A stretch of 32,000 nt of DNA from Candidatus Saccharimonadota bacterium (GCA_016700135.1 CP065004.1:1-32000), one strand, 5' to 3'; counted from the first letter of the stretch, positions 15,991 through 25,097 are shown. The notes: generated by a model from the sequence alone, not told the origin. Translations and numbers: made by a program.

Positions 15991-17691
15991 CTAAAGAATT
16001 ATTTTTTGTACAACGCCCTGTAAATCTTCATTTCCGTTCCATTTATTGATATCCAGCTGATAAACGACTTTGACGGTTTGACCTTTCGAAAGCTCCGGAA
16101 AAATTGATGCCTGACCGAATGCAATCATATCGATGGGAACGGATCTCATATCAGGCTGCTTCACTGAAAGTTTCAGATGATCCCTGTTTTTCCCGAGTAT
16201 TTTTGCATGCAATAGCTCAGCATCACTCATAAATACCGGCTTCGGATTTCCCACACCAAATGGTGCAAGGGTATCAATCAACCTGGACAATCTGACAGAC
16301 AGATTGCTGAGCGGAATCTGCATATCAGCTTGGATAATACGTTCCAGATCATCATCCGAAAGTTGTTTTGACGCTTTATCAATTGCCTTTTTCATAAAAA
16401 TATCAAGATTCTCAGCAGGCAGAGTAAATCCGGCAGCAGCCGCATGGCCGCCGTATCCTTTCAGATATTCCTGAAGACCGCCGAGAAACTCAGTGATATG
16501 AAAACCCGGGATCGAACGAACCGAGGCTTTGTAAAACCCGTCACCTCTTGTCATCACGATTGTGGGACGATAATATTTTTCCAGAATGCTTGATGCTATA
16601 AGTCCGATCACACCTTCATGCCAATGGTCAGAGTACAATATTAAAAGCTTTGGTAGTTCTTTCATCTTCTGGACCTGCACAACGGCTTCTTCCACCTGTT
16701 TTTTTACCAGATCCTGTCTTGTGGTATTCATCTCTCCGACCTTGCTTGCAAGTGCTGCCGCACGTTCTTCACTGGTGGTACACAGTAACCGGAGAGCGTC
16801 AATCGCGTGCTCCAGTCTTCCGACAGCATTGATTCGCGGGGCAATGATAAATCCGATTTCATACGGAGAAATGATTTTACCGTCAATTTCCGCCTGCTTG
16901 CAGATTTGACGGATCCCGTGACGCCGGACATGAGGGAATGCGGCAAGGCCAGCCCGGACGACACTGCGTGAAGGACCGACGAGCGGGACAAGATCCGCCA
17001 CAGTCCCGATTGTTGCGAGGGACAGATAATCCGTTTCAAAATGTCGCTTTAATTCCTTGACTTTTGTCTCGGATATCTGGTTTTTAAAATGAAGAAAAAC
17101 TTCTTTTGCGAAATAATATGCAGTTCCCGAACCTGACAGCGCCGGGATATGAAAAATTTCCTCTGCATCCTCAGGAATTTTTTCCTGTTTGTGGTGGTGG
17201 TCCGTGATGATGACTGGGATACCGATCGACTTAGCATATGAAACCTGTTCCACTCCCGTAATTCCGTGATCCACACTGATGATGAGTGCGGGATCAAATT
17301 CTTTTTTCACATTATCAATCCCTATTTTTGAAAATCCGTATCCTTCGTGCTGTCTGTGAGGGACATACGGCATGGCGTTGAATCCGATTGTATGAAGCGT
17401 CTCCCAAAGCACCGAACCGCCCGTGATTCCGTCGGCATCATAATCCGTATACACAACGATTGTTTGCTTTTTGTCAAAAATCTGTTGAAGCAGATCCATC
17501 GCGTGGTCAATCTGCCTTTTAGTAAAACCGAAATCTTTCAGAGTAAATTTCAGCGGAGACGGGGGATTGAGAAAGGTCTCTTTATCATTAATGTTTCGGG
17601 TTTTTAAAATAATATCCACAATCTCCTGCGGTTGTAGTTTTTCACCGGGTTTAATTGTGTGTTTTACTTGGATTTTCATTATTTTATTCAA
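15991..17691 (-). CDS. recJ: Single-stranded-DNA-specific exonuclease RecJ
   Basis: The DHH-family motifs are present in order: VVYTDYDADGITG, SVDHGITG, IITDHHH and GGHAAAAGF (DHHA1). The length of 566 aa is typical. Confidence 0.92.
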   Translation of the reverse strand: MNKIMKIQVKHTIKPGEKLQPQEIVDIILKTRNINDKETFLNPPSPLKFTLKDFGFTKRQIDHAMDLLQQIFDKKQTIVVYTDYDADGITGGSVLWETLHTIGFNAMPYVPHRQHEGYGFSKIGIDNVKKEFDPALIISVDHGITGVEQVSYAKSIGIPVIITDHHHKQEKIPEDAEEIFHIPALSGSGTAYYFAKEVFLHFKNQISETKVKELKRHFETDYLSLATIGTVADLVPLVGPSRSVVRAGLAAFPHVRRHGIRQICKQAEIDGKIISPYEIGFIIAPRINAVGRLEHAIDALRLLCTTSEERAAALASKVGEMNTTRQDLVKKQVEEAVVQVQKMKELPKLLILYSDHWHEGVIGLIASSILEKYYRPTIVMTRGDGFYKASVRSIPGFHITEFLGGLQEYLKGYGGHAAAAGFTLPAENLDIFMKKAIDKASKQLSDDDLERIIQADMQIPLSNLSVRLSRLIDTLAPFGVGNPKPVFMSDAELLHAKILGKNRDHLKLSVKQPDMRSVPIDMIAFGQASIFPELSKGQTVKVVYQLDINKWNGNEDLQGVVQKIIL

Positions 17692-17727
17692 ACAACTTCT
17701 TGGGTGTCAGGAATGAAGAACCCCGTT

Positions 17728-18708
17728 TTACTCCAGCATCTTCTCATCAGAAGCTGATAAAGAAGCCGTCGACTCTATCTTTTGTCCCAGCTTCGACAAA
17801 TGCTGCACAACATTCGAAGACTGATTGTACGCATTGCTGATGTGCTTATTCAGGACGGAAACTGCTTCTTCTGCCTTCTCATAATCATTCCTCATCGCCT
17901 GAAGCGTGGAGAGAATTTCTTTTGCCTGCTTCTGTATACGAGCTCCTTCATGCGAAATCAGAATCGCTTTCAGATATGCATAAAAACTCATCGGAGAAAC
18001 GGGAATCACCCGCATCTCTGCCGAATAATCATACAGATCTCCGTTATTGATAATTTCGTAATATACGCTTTCGGAAGGCACGTACATCAGCGCATAATCC
18101 AGTGTCCCTTCAGCAACAAGAATATATTTTTTTGAAATCGATACTATATGCTTTTTTACATCACGGACAAACTCCTTCTGCAGAAGTTCCTTCTGTGTTT
18201 CACCGTTCTCCTCTGCCATTTTCTTAAAGGTGGAAAGCGGAAATTTGGAGTCGATCGAGATAAGTCCCTGGCTGGTTTTGATCACCGCATCCACTCTCTC
18301 ACCGTTTTTAAATCCGTATTGCAGAGCATAGGTGTCAGACGGCAGTGACTGGGAAAGAAGTTCTTTCAAAACCTGCTCTCCGATATTACCGCGCAGTTTC
18401 GGAGACTGGAGAAATTGCTGAAGCTGCTGCATGGAGCGTCCAATCTCTGAAAATTCTCCTATACTTTTTTGCACACCCATCATTGCCTGCGCCGCCTTAT
18501 CAAGACGGGCGTTGAACATATCCATGTTGTGAGTCAGCTTCTGATCAACCTGACGATTGGATTCGCTCATTTGCTTGAGCCATTGCGTCAGTTCTTCCGA
18601 AATTTTAGTTTTTTCTTCAATGCGGTTAAACCACATACGAAGGACTACAAGTATGATGACTGTTGAAATAAGCACGAAAACATAAGGAAGAATATCCATG
18701 AAGTACAT
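17728..18708 (-). CDS. rmuC: DNA recombination protein RmuC
   Basis: It has an N-terminal TM helix, a coiled-coil region and an RmuC nuclease-like core (VDAVIKTSQGLISIDSKFPL ... ALMYVPSESVYYE). The architecture and length are typical. Confidence 0.85.
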   Translation of the reverse strand: MYFMDILPYVFVLISTVIILVVLRMWFNRIEEKTKISEELTQWLKQMSESNRQVDQKLTHNMDMFNARLDKAAQAMMGVQKSIGEFSEIGRSMQQLQQFLQSPKLRGNIGEQVLKELLSQSLPSDTYALQYGFKNGERVDAVIKTSQGLISIDSKFPLSTFKKMAEENGETQKELLQKEFVRDVKKHIVSISKKYILVAEGTLDYALMYVPSESVYYEIINNGDLYDYSAEMRVIPVSPMSFYAYLKAILISHEGARIQKQAKEILSTLQAMRNDYEKAEEAVSVLNKHISNAYNQSSNVVQHLSKLGQKIESTASLSASDEKMLE

Positions 18709-18748
18709 TATACAGTACTTGTCTTATGCGAAAAGAAGTTGAATGAAG

Positions 18749-19804
18749 TTAGATCAGACCGTCACTTTCCTGGAAGATTTTCGGTTTCAGATCATTTTCC
18801 TCTACAATGTTCCTTTGACCTTCCTGAGACTGAGGAGCTTTTTCGACCTCTTCAAGCTGGCGCTGTTGTTTTTCATCAGGTCTTTGCGGCATTTGCTGAG
18901 GCTGTACTGGTTTCTGCATCGGCTGCTGTTGCTGTTGTCCGAAATTCTGGAACGGATTCATCTGCGGGAATGAGGGTCTCTGGCCCATACCGGGTACCAT
19001 AGGCATCGGTTGCTGTTGCGGACGGGTAAATTGACTCTGTGTCGGTACCATCGGTTTCTTTACTGCTCCTGCACGAAGTAATGTTGCTACTGCTTCAAAC
19101 GTATCTGCATTGACTGAATATGCGGTAAAGTTGTTGGTTGCTGCCACAACTCCTGCATACAGATTGGTTGCGATATCTTTGTCAAGCTGTGCTTTTATTC
19201 CGTCGATTACTTTCAATACAAGCTCAGATGTAGAAGAACTTGTTTTAATGACATAATTGATCATTCCGTATGAATTGTTGATCAGATGTCTGTCGATATT
19301 GATGATGGTCTGTCCTTCAAAGTCACGCTGATTTTTCTGGTACAAATCACCGATTGCATTCAAATTCGGAGTGTCTATTGTGATAATAAATTCGATTTTC
19401 CCTCCGCTATAAGAGAATTGGACATCTTTCGGTTCAAGTTTTTCATGTCCTTCACGGGGGATAATAACCAGATTGAACCGTTCATTTTTGATATTATAGT
19501 CGACCTTATCGATTGCACCTTCTTCATACGGGAATGAAATCACAAGATTGTCTCCGCCCGTATTCAGCTCAGTTTTGATTTTATCAACTCCGACCAAATC
19601 ACTCTCCGGGACTGCCGAAGCAACAAGAGTCACATTTTTCCCCATTTTGGTAAGAGCCATATAAAGAGCGGTTCCCGCTGCAATGGCGTCTGAGGTGGGT
19701 TTGGTAGGAAGCACAATGATACCTGAGTCATTTTTTGCAATGACTTCCTTTATTTGTCCGATTGTTTTTGCAGCATCTTCCGGCTGCTGATTGGTGGGCA
19801 TCAT
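18749..19804 (-). CDS. NrnA-like DHH-domain protein with degenerate catalytic motifs, no DHHA1 domain and a Gln/Pro-rich C-terminal tail
   Basis: GIIVLPTKPTSDAIAAGTALYMAL sits where NrnA has H-x-x-P-D-G-D-A-x-G-S. IINIDRHLINNSYG sits where NrnA has the DHH motif. DIATNLYAGVVAATNNF is the NrnA linker helix. The last roughly 100 aa are low complexity (PQQQPMPMVPGMGQRPSFPQMNPFQNFGQQQQQPMQKPVQPQQMPQRP). Confidence 0.6.
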   Translation of the reverse strand: MMPTNQQPEDAAKTIGQIKEVIAKNDSGIIVLPTKPTSDAIAAGTALYMALTKMGKNVTLVASAVPESDLVGVDKIKTELNTGGDNLVISFPYEEGAIDKVDYNIKNERFNLVIIPREGHEKLEPKDVQFSYSGGKIEFIITIDTPNLNAIGDLYQKNQRDFEGQTIINIDRHLINNSYGMINYVIKTSSSTSELVLKVIDGIKAQLDKDIATNLYAGVVAATNNFTAYSVNADTFEAVATLLRAGAVKKPMVPTQSQFTRPQQQPMPMVPGMGQRPSFPQMNPFQNFGQQQQQPMQKPVQPQQMPQRPDEKQQRQLEEVEKAPQSQEGQRNIVEENDLKPKIFQESDGLI

Positions 19805-19819
19805 ATCCGTATAAAAATA

Positions 19820-21265
19820 TTATAGGATAAATTTTATCATATCACCAACCTTTATGTCAAGTGCAGGTGAAAATTGCATTCCGCACTCCTGGTCTTTCTT
19901 GACCTCCTGGACAGATTTAGCCCTGATCTTGAGGGAGATAAGGCGGCTTTTTCCTATAAGATTGTCACCGCGGTAGATTTCAGCGGGATCACCAATATTC
20001 ACTTTTCCCTTAGTAATAAGAGATCCGAAGATGGTCTCCCCTTCAATTATGAATGTTGCCAGTACTTTTGCCTGTGCTTTCAAATTCTTTTCCTGCTGTT
20101 CCTTTTCCATCAATAAGGCACTTACTTCTTCAAGTTCTTCCAGCAGTTCATAAATGATATTGTAGGTTTTAATAATAACTTTTTCTTGTCTGGCAAGCTC
20201 TTTTACTTCATTGTCTGAATGTACTGAGAATCCGATGACAATTGATTTGGTCGTTTTTGCCAAGAAAATATCAGATCTGTGGATATCCCCGACCGCATTC
20301 AGCCTTACTTCAATATTTTCATTCTTACTCAACGCATTGGTGATTGCCTCAAGAGATCCTTGTGAATCCGCTTTCAGCACGACTGAAAGCTTTTTTGTCG
20401 GTGCTTCACCGCTTAAAAATGCATCAAAATCGGCACGTTGCGGCCCTGTTGCCTGCTTTTCCTGTTCCTTAATTTTCTGTTCTTCCGATGTGATAAATGT
20501 CCCGACCTCAGGCATTTCTGAGAATCCTAAGAGCTCAAACGGAGTAGAAGGCTCGACTTCACGCAGTGTTTTCCCGAGATCATTGATAAGTGATCTGACA
20601 CGGACTTTGCCCTGATTTGTGTATACGTCGTCGCCCACTTTCAGCATACCGTCTTTAATGATGGCGCTTACAACGACACCCCGCTGATCTTTTTTTGTTT
20701 CAACAATATATGCAGATGCAGGATTTTCTTTTTTATAGGCAAGCTTCAGGTCGGATGCAATAAGCAGGATCGACTCAAGAAGTTCGGGTACGCCGTCTCC
20801 GCTTTTTGCTGAAATCGGCAAAGCGACAATATCTCCTCCCATTTCTTCGGTAATCACTTCATGTTTCAGAAGATCTCTCTGCACCCGTTTCGGATTTGCA
20901 GTCGGAAGATCTGATTTATTGAGGGCGATGATATACGGAATACCTGCACTTTTGATATGCGCGATTGATTCGATCGTTTGAGGCATGACGGAATCGGTTG
21001 AGTCAATGATCAGAATTGCAATATCCGCAACATTTGCACCTCTGGAACGCAGTTTTGAAAAGGCTTCGTGTCCGGGGGTATCAATGAAAGTAATTTTGTC
21101 CGTTTCATACCCTTTTATACCGGTATGGATTTCATAACCTCCGATACGTTGCGTGATACCGCCATGTTCTTTGGCAGCTATGCGGCTTTTTCTTATGGTA
21201 TCAAGAAGTGTTGTTTTTCCGTGATCCACATGTCCGAGTATTGTGACAATCGGCGGTCGTACCAT
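19820..21265 (-). CDS. infB: Translation initiation factor IF-2 (short form that begins at the G domain)
   Basis: MVRPPIVTILGHVDHGKTTLLD (G1) starts at residue 10. DTPGHEAF (G3) and NKSD (G4) follow. The C-terminal IF2 domains are present. The total is only 481 aa. Confidence 0.93.
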   Translation of the reverse strand: MVRPPIVTILGHVDHGKTTLLDTIRKSRIAAKEHGGITQRIGGYEIHTGIKGYETDKITFIDTPGHEAFSKLRSRGANVADIAILIIDSTDSVMPQTIESIAHIKSAGIPYIIALNKSDLPTANPKRVQRDLLKHEVITEEMGGDIVALPISAKSGDGVPELLESILLIASDLKLAYKKENPASAYIVETKKDQRGVVVSAIIKDGMLKVGDDVYTNQGKVRVRSLINDLGKTLREVEPSTPFELLGFSEMPEVGTFITSEEQKIKEQEKQATGPQRADFDAFLSGEAPTKKLSVVLKADSQGSLEAITNALSKNENIEVRLNAVGDIHRSDIFLAKTTKSIVIGFSVHSDNEVKELARQEKVIIKTYNIIYELLEELEEVSALLMEKEQQEKNLKAQAKVLATFIIEGETIFGSLITKGKVNIGDPAEIYRGDNLIGKSRLISLKIRAKSVQEVKKDQECGMQFSPALDIKVGDMIKFIL

Positions 21266-21326
21266 ATAAGTATGTGTAACTAGTAACGTATCGTTTTACA
21301 ACTATGAAGGAAGAAACAGCAAAATA

Positions 21327-22478
21327 TTATTTTTTACTTTTCTCTTCGGATGCATCAGCTTCTTCAGTTTCTTCAGAATGTTCCGTTTTTGCAGCTTCCG
21401 TTTCTGCGGACTGCTCTGCAGTTGCTTCCTCTCCCTGTTCTGATTCTACACTTTCAGAAGCTTCCGGCTGTTTTTCTTCAGCTGCTTCGGCTTTCTTTTC
21501 GTCCTTTTCTGACGGTATTTGTACTATGTCAATATCATAACCCGTAAGGCGTGCTGCCAGATTTACGTTGACGCCTCCTTTTCCGATAGCAAGAGGGGCC
21601 TGTTCTTCATTTACGGTGACCTTAGCACGATGTTCCTTTTCATCAATTTCGACTGAGATAACTTGTGCAGGAGATAAGGCGCTGATAATGAAAACTTTAT
21701 TATCTTCATTCCACTGAATAATATCAATTTTTTCTTTCCCGTTGAGTTCATCAGTGACTGTCTGCACCCGTACTCCTTTTTGTCCGACACATGCACCGAC
21801 CGGATCGACACCGCTCTGACTGCTGAATACGGCAATCTTTGCGCGTTCACCCGGTTCCCGGACAACACTTTTTATTTCTACTGTGCCGCTGTTTATTTCC
21901 GGAACTTCTCTTTTGAACAGTTCGGAAATAAGTTCCGGGGCTGTTCTTGAAAGGACAATTCGTGAATATCCTGCTTTTGAAGTGCCGATTTCTTTCAGAT
22001 AAAAGACATATCGGTTGTTGACAATATATGTTTCGTTGCGGATTTGTTCTTCCCGCGGCAGAACTCCTTCGGCCTTACCGAGATCTATATAAACATTGCT
22101 CATATCACGTCGGATTACACGACCGCGGATTATAGTACCGACCTGATCCTGATAATGAGAAATGACTGTTTTCTTTTCAGCTTCACGGATTTTTTGAATA
22201 ATCACCTGACGGGCAGTTTGGGCGGCGATTCTTCCGAATCCCGGAGGGGTAATATCTTCTTCTTCACGCATGATATGGGTCTCACCCGTATTAATATCGA
22301 TTTTTACTGATATACCGTTGTCTTCTTCAGGATCATCCGAAAAAAACTCAGGATGTTCCTTGCGGAATGCGGCCATAATGGCTGCTTCCATTGACTCGAT
22401 AACATCGTCAACACTTATTCCGCGCTCAGAAGCGACTTGGTTTAATGCTAATGCAAATTCACTTTTTACTATTACCAT
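21327..22478 (-). CDS. nusA: Transcription termination/antitermination factor NusA with an acidic C-terminal tail
   Basis: The start is placed at MVIVKSEFALALNQVASERGIS (ATG at 22478), not the ORF-track start at 22550, which would overlap radA. The NusA N-domain, S1 (GTIIRGRVIR) and two KH domains (GACVGQKGVRVQ and LAIGKGGVNVNLA) are present. The tail is E/A/S-rich. Confidence 0.92.
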   Translation of the reverse strand: MVIVKSEFALALNQVASERGISVDDVIESMEAAIMAAFRKEHPEFFSDDPEEDNGISVKIDINTGETHIMREEEDITPPGFGRIAAQTARQVIIQKIREAEKKTVISHYQDQVGTIIRGRVIRRDMSNVYIDLGKAEGVLPREEQIRNETYIVNNRYVFYLKEIGTSKAGYSRIVLSRTAPELISELFKREVPEINSGTVEIKSVVREPGERAKIAVFSSQSGVDPVGACVGQKGVRVQTVTDELNGKEKIDIIQWNEDNKVFIISALSPAQVISVEIDEKEHRAKVTVNEEQAPLAIGKGGVNVNLAARLTGYDIDIVQIPSEKDEKKAEAAEEKQPEASESVESEQGEEATAEQSAETEAAKTEHSEETEEADASEEKSKK

Positions 22479-22548
22479 AAAGCTAATTCTAACAGAAAAA
22501 CCGTGAAATTCAATGAAAGAACGCGCTTTATTCAGGTACAATATACCC

Positions 22549-23832
22549 ATGGCACAATACGTTTGTACAAACTGCGGTGAAGGAGCTGCGGCCTGGATGG
22601 GACGCTGCCCCTCGTGTCAGGAATGGAATACTTTCAAAGAATTAAAAGAAACCACGACCGGGAGGTCAAAAAAAGTCGAATCATTTGCCACAACAGCCTT
22701 CAAAGATATCAGAGCTTTGGATAAAAACCGTAAACCGACAGGACTTTTCGAACTTGATCGGGTACTCGGAGGCGGAATTGTTAGAGGTGCGGTTATTCTT
22801 CTGACAGGAGAACCCGGAGTGGGAAAATCGACACTGCTTCTGCAAAGTTTGAAAAATCTCACCACTCTGTATATTTCAGGAGAAGAATCAGCCGAACAGG
22901 TAAAAGAACGTGCTGACCGGCTGGAAATGGACGTGTCATCGTTTGTTTTTTCCGATACCCTTCAAGTTGAGTCGATCGTAAAAGGAGTTGAAGATTTAGC
23001 AGCCAAACCGGATGTAATCGTAATTGATTCCGTCCAAACTATTTATACAAAAAATGTTGAATCGCCACCTGGAAGTGTTTCTCAGCTTCGTGAGGCAAGC
23101 GCTGCACTGATCCGGCTTGCCAAGCAGTCCGGTATTCCGATCATTATTGTCGGGCACGTCACCAAAGAAGGCGATGTTGCCGGCCCCAAGACTCTTGAAC
23201 ACATGGTCGATGCCGTGCTGAACTTTGAAGGAGAAAAAATCTCCAATTTCCGCGTACTTCGAGCACAGAAAAACCGGTTCGGATCGACAGATGAGATCGG
23301 AATTTTCGAAATGAAAGGAGACGGATTGTCAGAAGTAAACAATCCGCTGGCATTTGTGGATGAAGATAAGAAACTTCACGTCCCGGGAAAAGCACTCGTG
23401 GGTATTATGGAAGGGAAACGTCCTCTCTTTTTTGAGATACAGACTCTTGCATCAACTTCATTTTTGCCGATGCCTCGCCGTGTGGTCAAGGGGGTTGATT
23501 ACAACAAAGTTCTGCTTCTGCTTGCCGTGATTGAGAAACACCTGAAACTGAATTTAAGCAAATATGACATCTACATAAATGTCATCGGCGGTGTTGATGT
23601 GAAATCTCCGGCTGCCGATTTGGGGATTGTGGCTTCCATTATTTCATCTGTGAAGAATGTACCTCTTTCCGGTTCAAGTATTTTCACGGGAGAAGTCGGA
23701 CTTTTGGGAGAAATCAGAAAAATTTACGGTCAGGAAAAGATTCTAAATGAAGCAAAACGTCTGAAGTTTTCACAACCTGTATCTTCTCTTACTGCCCGGA
23801 CCGTTAAAGAACTATATCAGATGATTCTTTGA
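22549..23832 (+). CDS. radA: DNA repair protein RadA/Sms
   Basis: The start is placed at MAQYVCTNCGEGAAAWMGRCPSCQEWNTF (C4 zinc ribbon). The Walker A motif is GEPGVGKST and the RadA motif KNRFG is present. There is a Lon-protease-like C-terminal domain. Confidence 0.93.
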   Translation: MAQYVCTNCGEGAAAWMGRCPSCQEWNTFKELKETTTGRSKKVESFATTAFKDIRALDKNRKPTGLFELDRVLGGGIVRGAVILLTGEPGVGKSTLLLQSLKNLTTLYISGEESAEQVKERADRLEMDVSSFVFSDTLQVESIVKGVEDLAAKPDVIVIDSVQTIYTKNVESPPGSVSQLREASAALIRLAKQSGIPIIIVGHVTKEGDVAGPKTLEHMVDAVLNFEGEKISNFRVLRAQKNRFGSTDEIGIFEMKGDGLSEVNNPLAFVDEDKKLHVPGKALVGIMEGKRPLFFEIQTLASTSFLPMPRRVVKGVDYNKVLLLLAVIEKHLKLNLSKYDIYINVIGGVDVKSPAADLGIVASIISSVKNVPLSGSSIFTGEVGLLGEIRKIYGQEKILNEAKRLKFSQPVSSLTARTVKELYQMIL

Positions 23833-24453
23833 TCATTCAAGCATATATTCTTCTACATGCAGCGTTTTTTTACCGTTTGGACCCGTAACTTCTATCTGAA
23901 GCGTATTAAGCCCTTTTTTCAAAGGAAATTCATATCTGAATAACCCGTGATCATCTGGAAACAGTTCCTCATTGTAGATAGATACTGTTGACTCAGGCTC
24001 GGTTTTGCCGATAATGGTAATTTTCTGAACATTTCGAAAAACGTTTTCTTTCGGCGATACGATCTCAACTCCCGGAGGAGAAAGATATTGATCAAACTGA
24101 TATCCGAAATATACGGCAAAAAAAACAAAAACAGCTCCCAGAATCACAAAAAGCAGCTTTTTCGTCTCGGGAAGGAGCTGCAGCGAGGGAAGTTTTTTTT
24201 TGAAAGTGACATCTTCTTTCTTTTCATAATCACGACGGAAGTATGCCATTGCCTTTTCCGGATCAATATCCAGGTATGAAGCATATGATTTGATTACTCC
24301 CGTGATGTAGACGCGGGAAGTGAATGCTGCCCAGTTTTCCCGTTCTATTGCACTTAAGTATCGTTCACGAATACGGGTGTCTTTTTCAGCCTGCTTAAGC
24401 GTGATGTTTTTCTGTTCTCTTGCTTTTCTGAGAAGTTTCCCGACGGTGATCAT
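23833..24453 (-). CDS. RodZ-like membrane protein (XRE-type HTH, one TM helix, C-terminal beta-rich domain)
   Basis: MITVGKLLRKAREQKNITLKQAEKDTRIRERYLSAIERENW matches the RodZ/HTH_25 N-terminus. The TM helix is LLFVILGAVFVFFAVYFGY. The C-terminal roughly 85 aa look Ig-like. Its stop abuts the radA stop (TGATCA). Confidence 0.68.
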   Translation of the reverse strand: MITVGKLLRKAREQKNITLKQAEKDTRIRERYLSAIERENWAAFTSRVYITGVIKSYASYLDIDPEKAMAYFRRDYEKKEDVTFKKKLPSLQLLPETKKLLFVILGAVFVFFAVYFGYQFDQYLSPPGVEIVSPKENVFRNVQKITIIGKTEPESTVSIYNEELFPDDHGLFRYEFPLKKGLNTLQIEVTGPNGKKTLHVEEYMLE

Positions 24454-24482
24454 GAAGATAGTAATTGGTTCAAATTAACACT

Positions 24483-24499
24483 GCGGGGGAAAACCCCGC
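24483..24499 (-). terminator. Short GC hairpin downstream of efp (possible weak terminator)
   Basis: GCGGGG-gaaaa-CCCCGC lies about 32 nt after the efp stop. The T-tract after it on the minus strand is weak (AGTGTTAATTT), so termination efficiency is uncertain. Confidence 0.35.
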
Positions 24500-24530
24500 T
24501 TCGATACTTACCTGATTATAAAAAATCTTA

Positions 24531-25097
24531 TCACTGAGATGCGCGGCCGGTATACTCGCCCGTTTCAGGATTGATAGTGATAATCTCTCCCTGTTTGATA
24601 AAGAGGGGAACCATCACTTTTGCACCTGTTTCAACCTCTGCCTCTTTTTTCGCATTACCGACTGTATCACCTCGGGCAGCATCATCAGTCTGCGTTATTT
24701 TGAGCGTCACACTGGCCGGAGGCCGAACACTCAAAGGTTTTTCATCCTGCATGTATACATACATTGTTTCGCCTTCTTTAAAAAACTGAATGATATCCCC
24801 GACCATATCAAGCGGGACCTCATATTGATTATATGACTGCTGATCCATAAAAATAGCATTCTCAGCATCTTTATATAGATACTGCATTTCGATACTGTTG
24901 ACCTCGACGGTTTCAACAAATTCATTTGATTTGAACGTATAGTCAATTGTTTTTCCCGATGATACATTCTTTATTTTGGTTCTCATCAAAGCCGAACCTT
25001 TGCCGGGAGAATAAAATTCCGTCTTCTGTACCTGCCAAATATCGCCCTGATACATAATAAACTCGCCTTTTTTAAGATTACCTGCCTGTACTGCCAT
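24531..25097 (-). CDS. efp: Elongation factor P
   Basis: The 188-aa protein has the pattern KKGEFIMYQGDIWQVQKTEFYSPGKGSALMRTKIKN, with the modifiable Lys in the PGKG loop (K33). The three-domain length is typical. Confidence 0.95.
   Translation of the reverse strand: MAVQAGNLKKGEFIMYQGDIWQVQKTEFYSPGKGSALMRTKIKNVSSGKTIDYTFKSNEFVETVEVNSIEMQYLYKDAENAIFMDQQSYNQYEVPLDMVGDIIQFFKEGETMYVYMQDEKPLSVRPPASVTLKITQTDDAARGDTVGNAKKEAEVETGAKVMVPLFIKQGEIITINPETGEYTGRASQ

Noticed and set aside
21304-21540. A 78-aa Ser/Ala/Cys-rich ORF on the plus strand
   Set aside because: It is a mirror image of the GAA/GCA-rich region that encodes the acidic NusA tail, so it is a compositional artefact.
22479-22550. Extended starts for nusA (22550) and radA (22513), which would make the two divergent genes overlap
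   Set aside because: Homology begins at MVIVKSEF (22478) for nusA and at MAQYVCTNCG (22549) for radA. The extensions have no family similarity.
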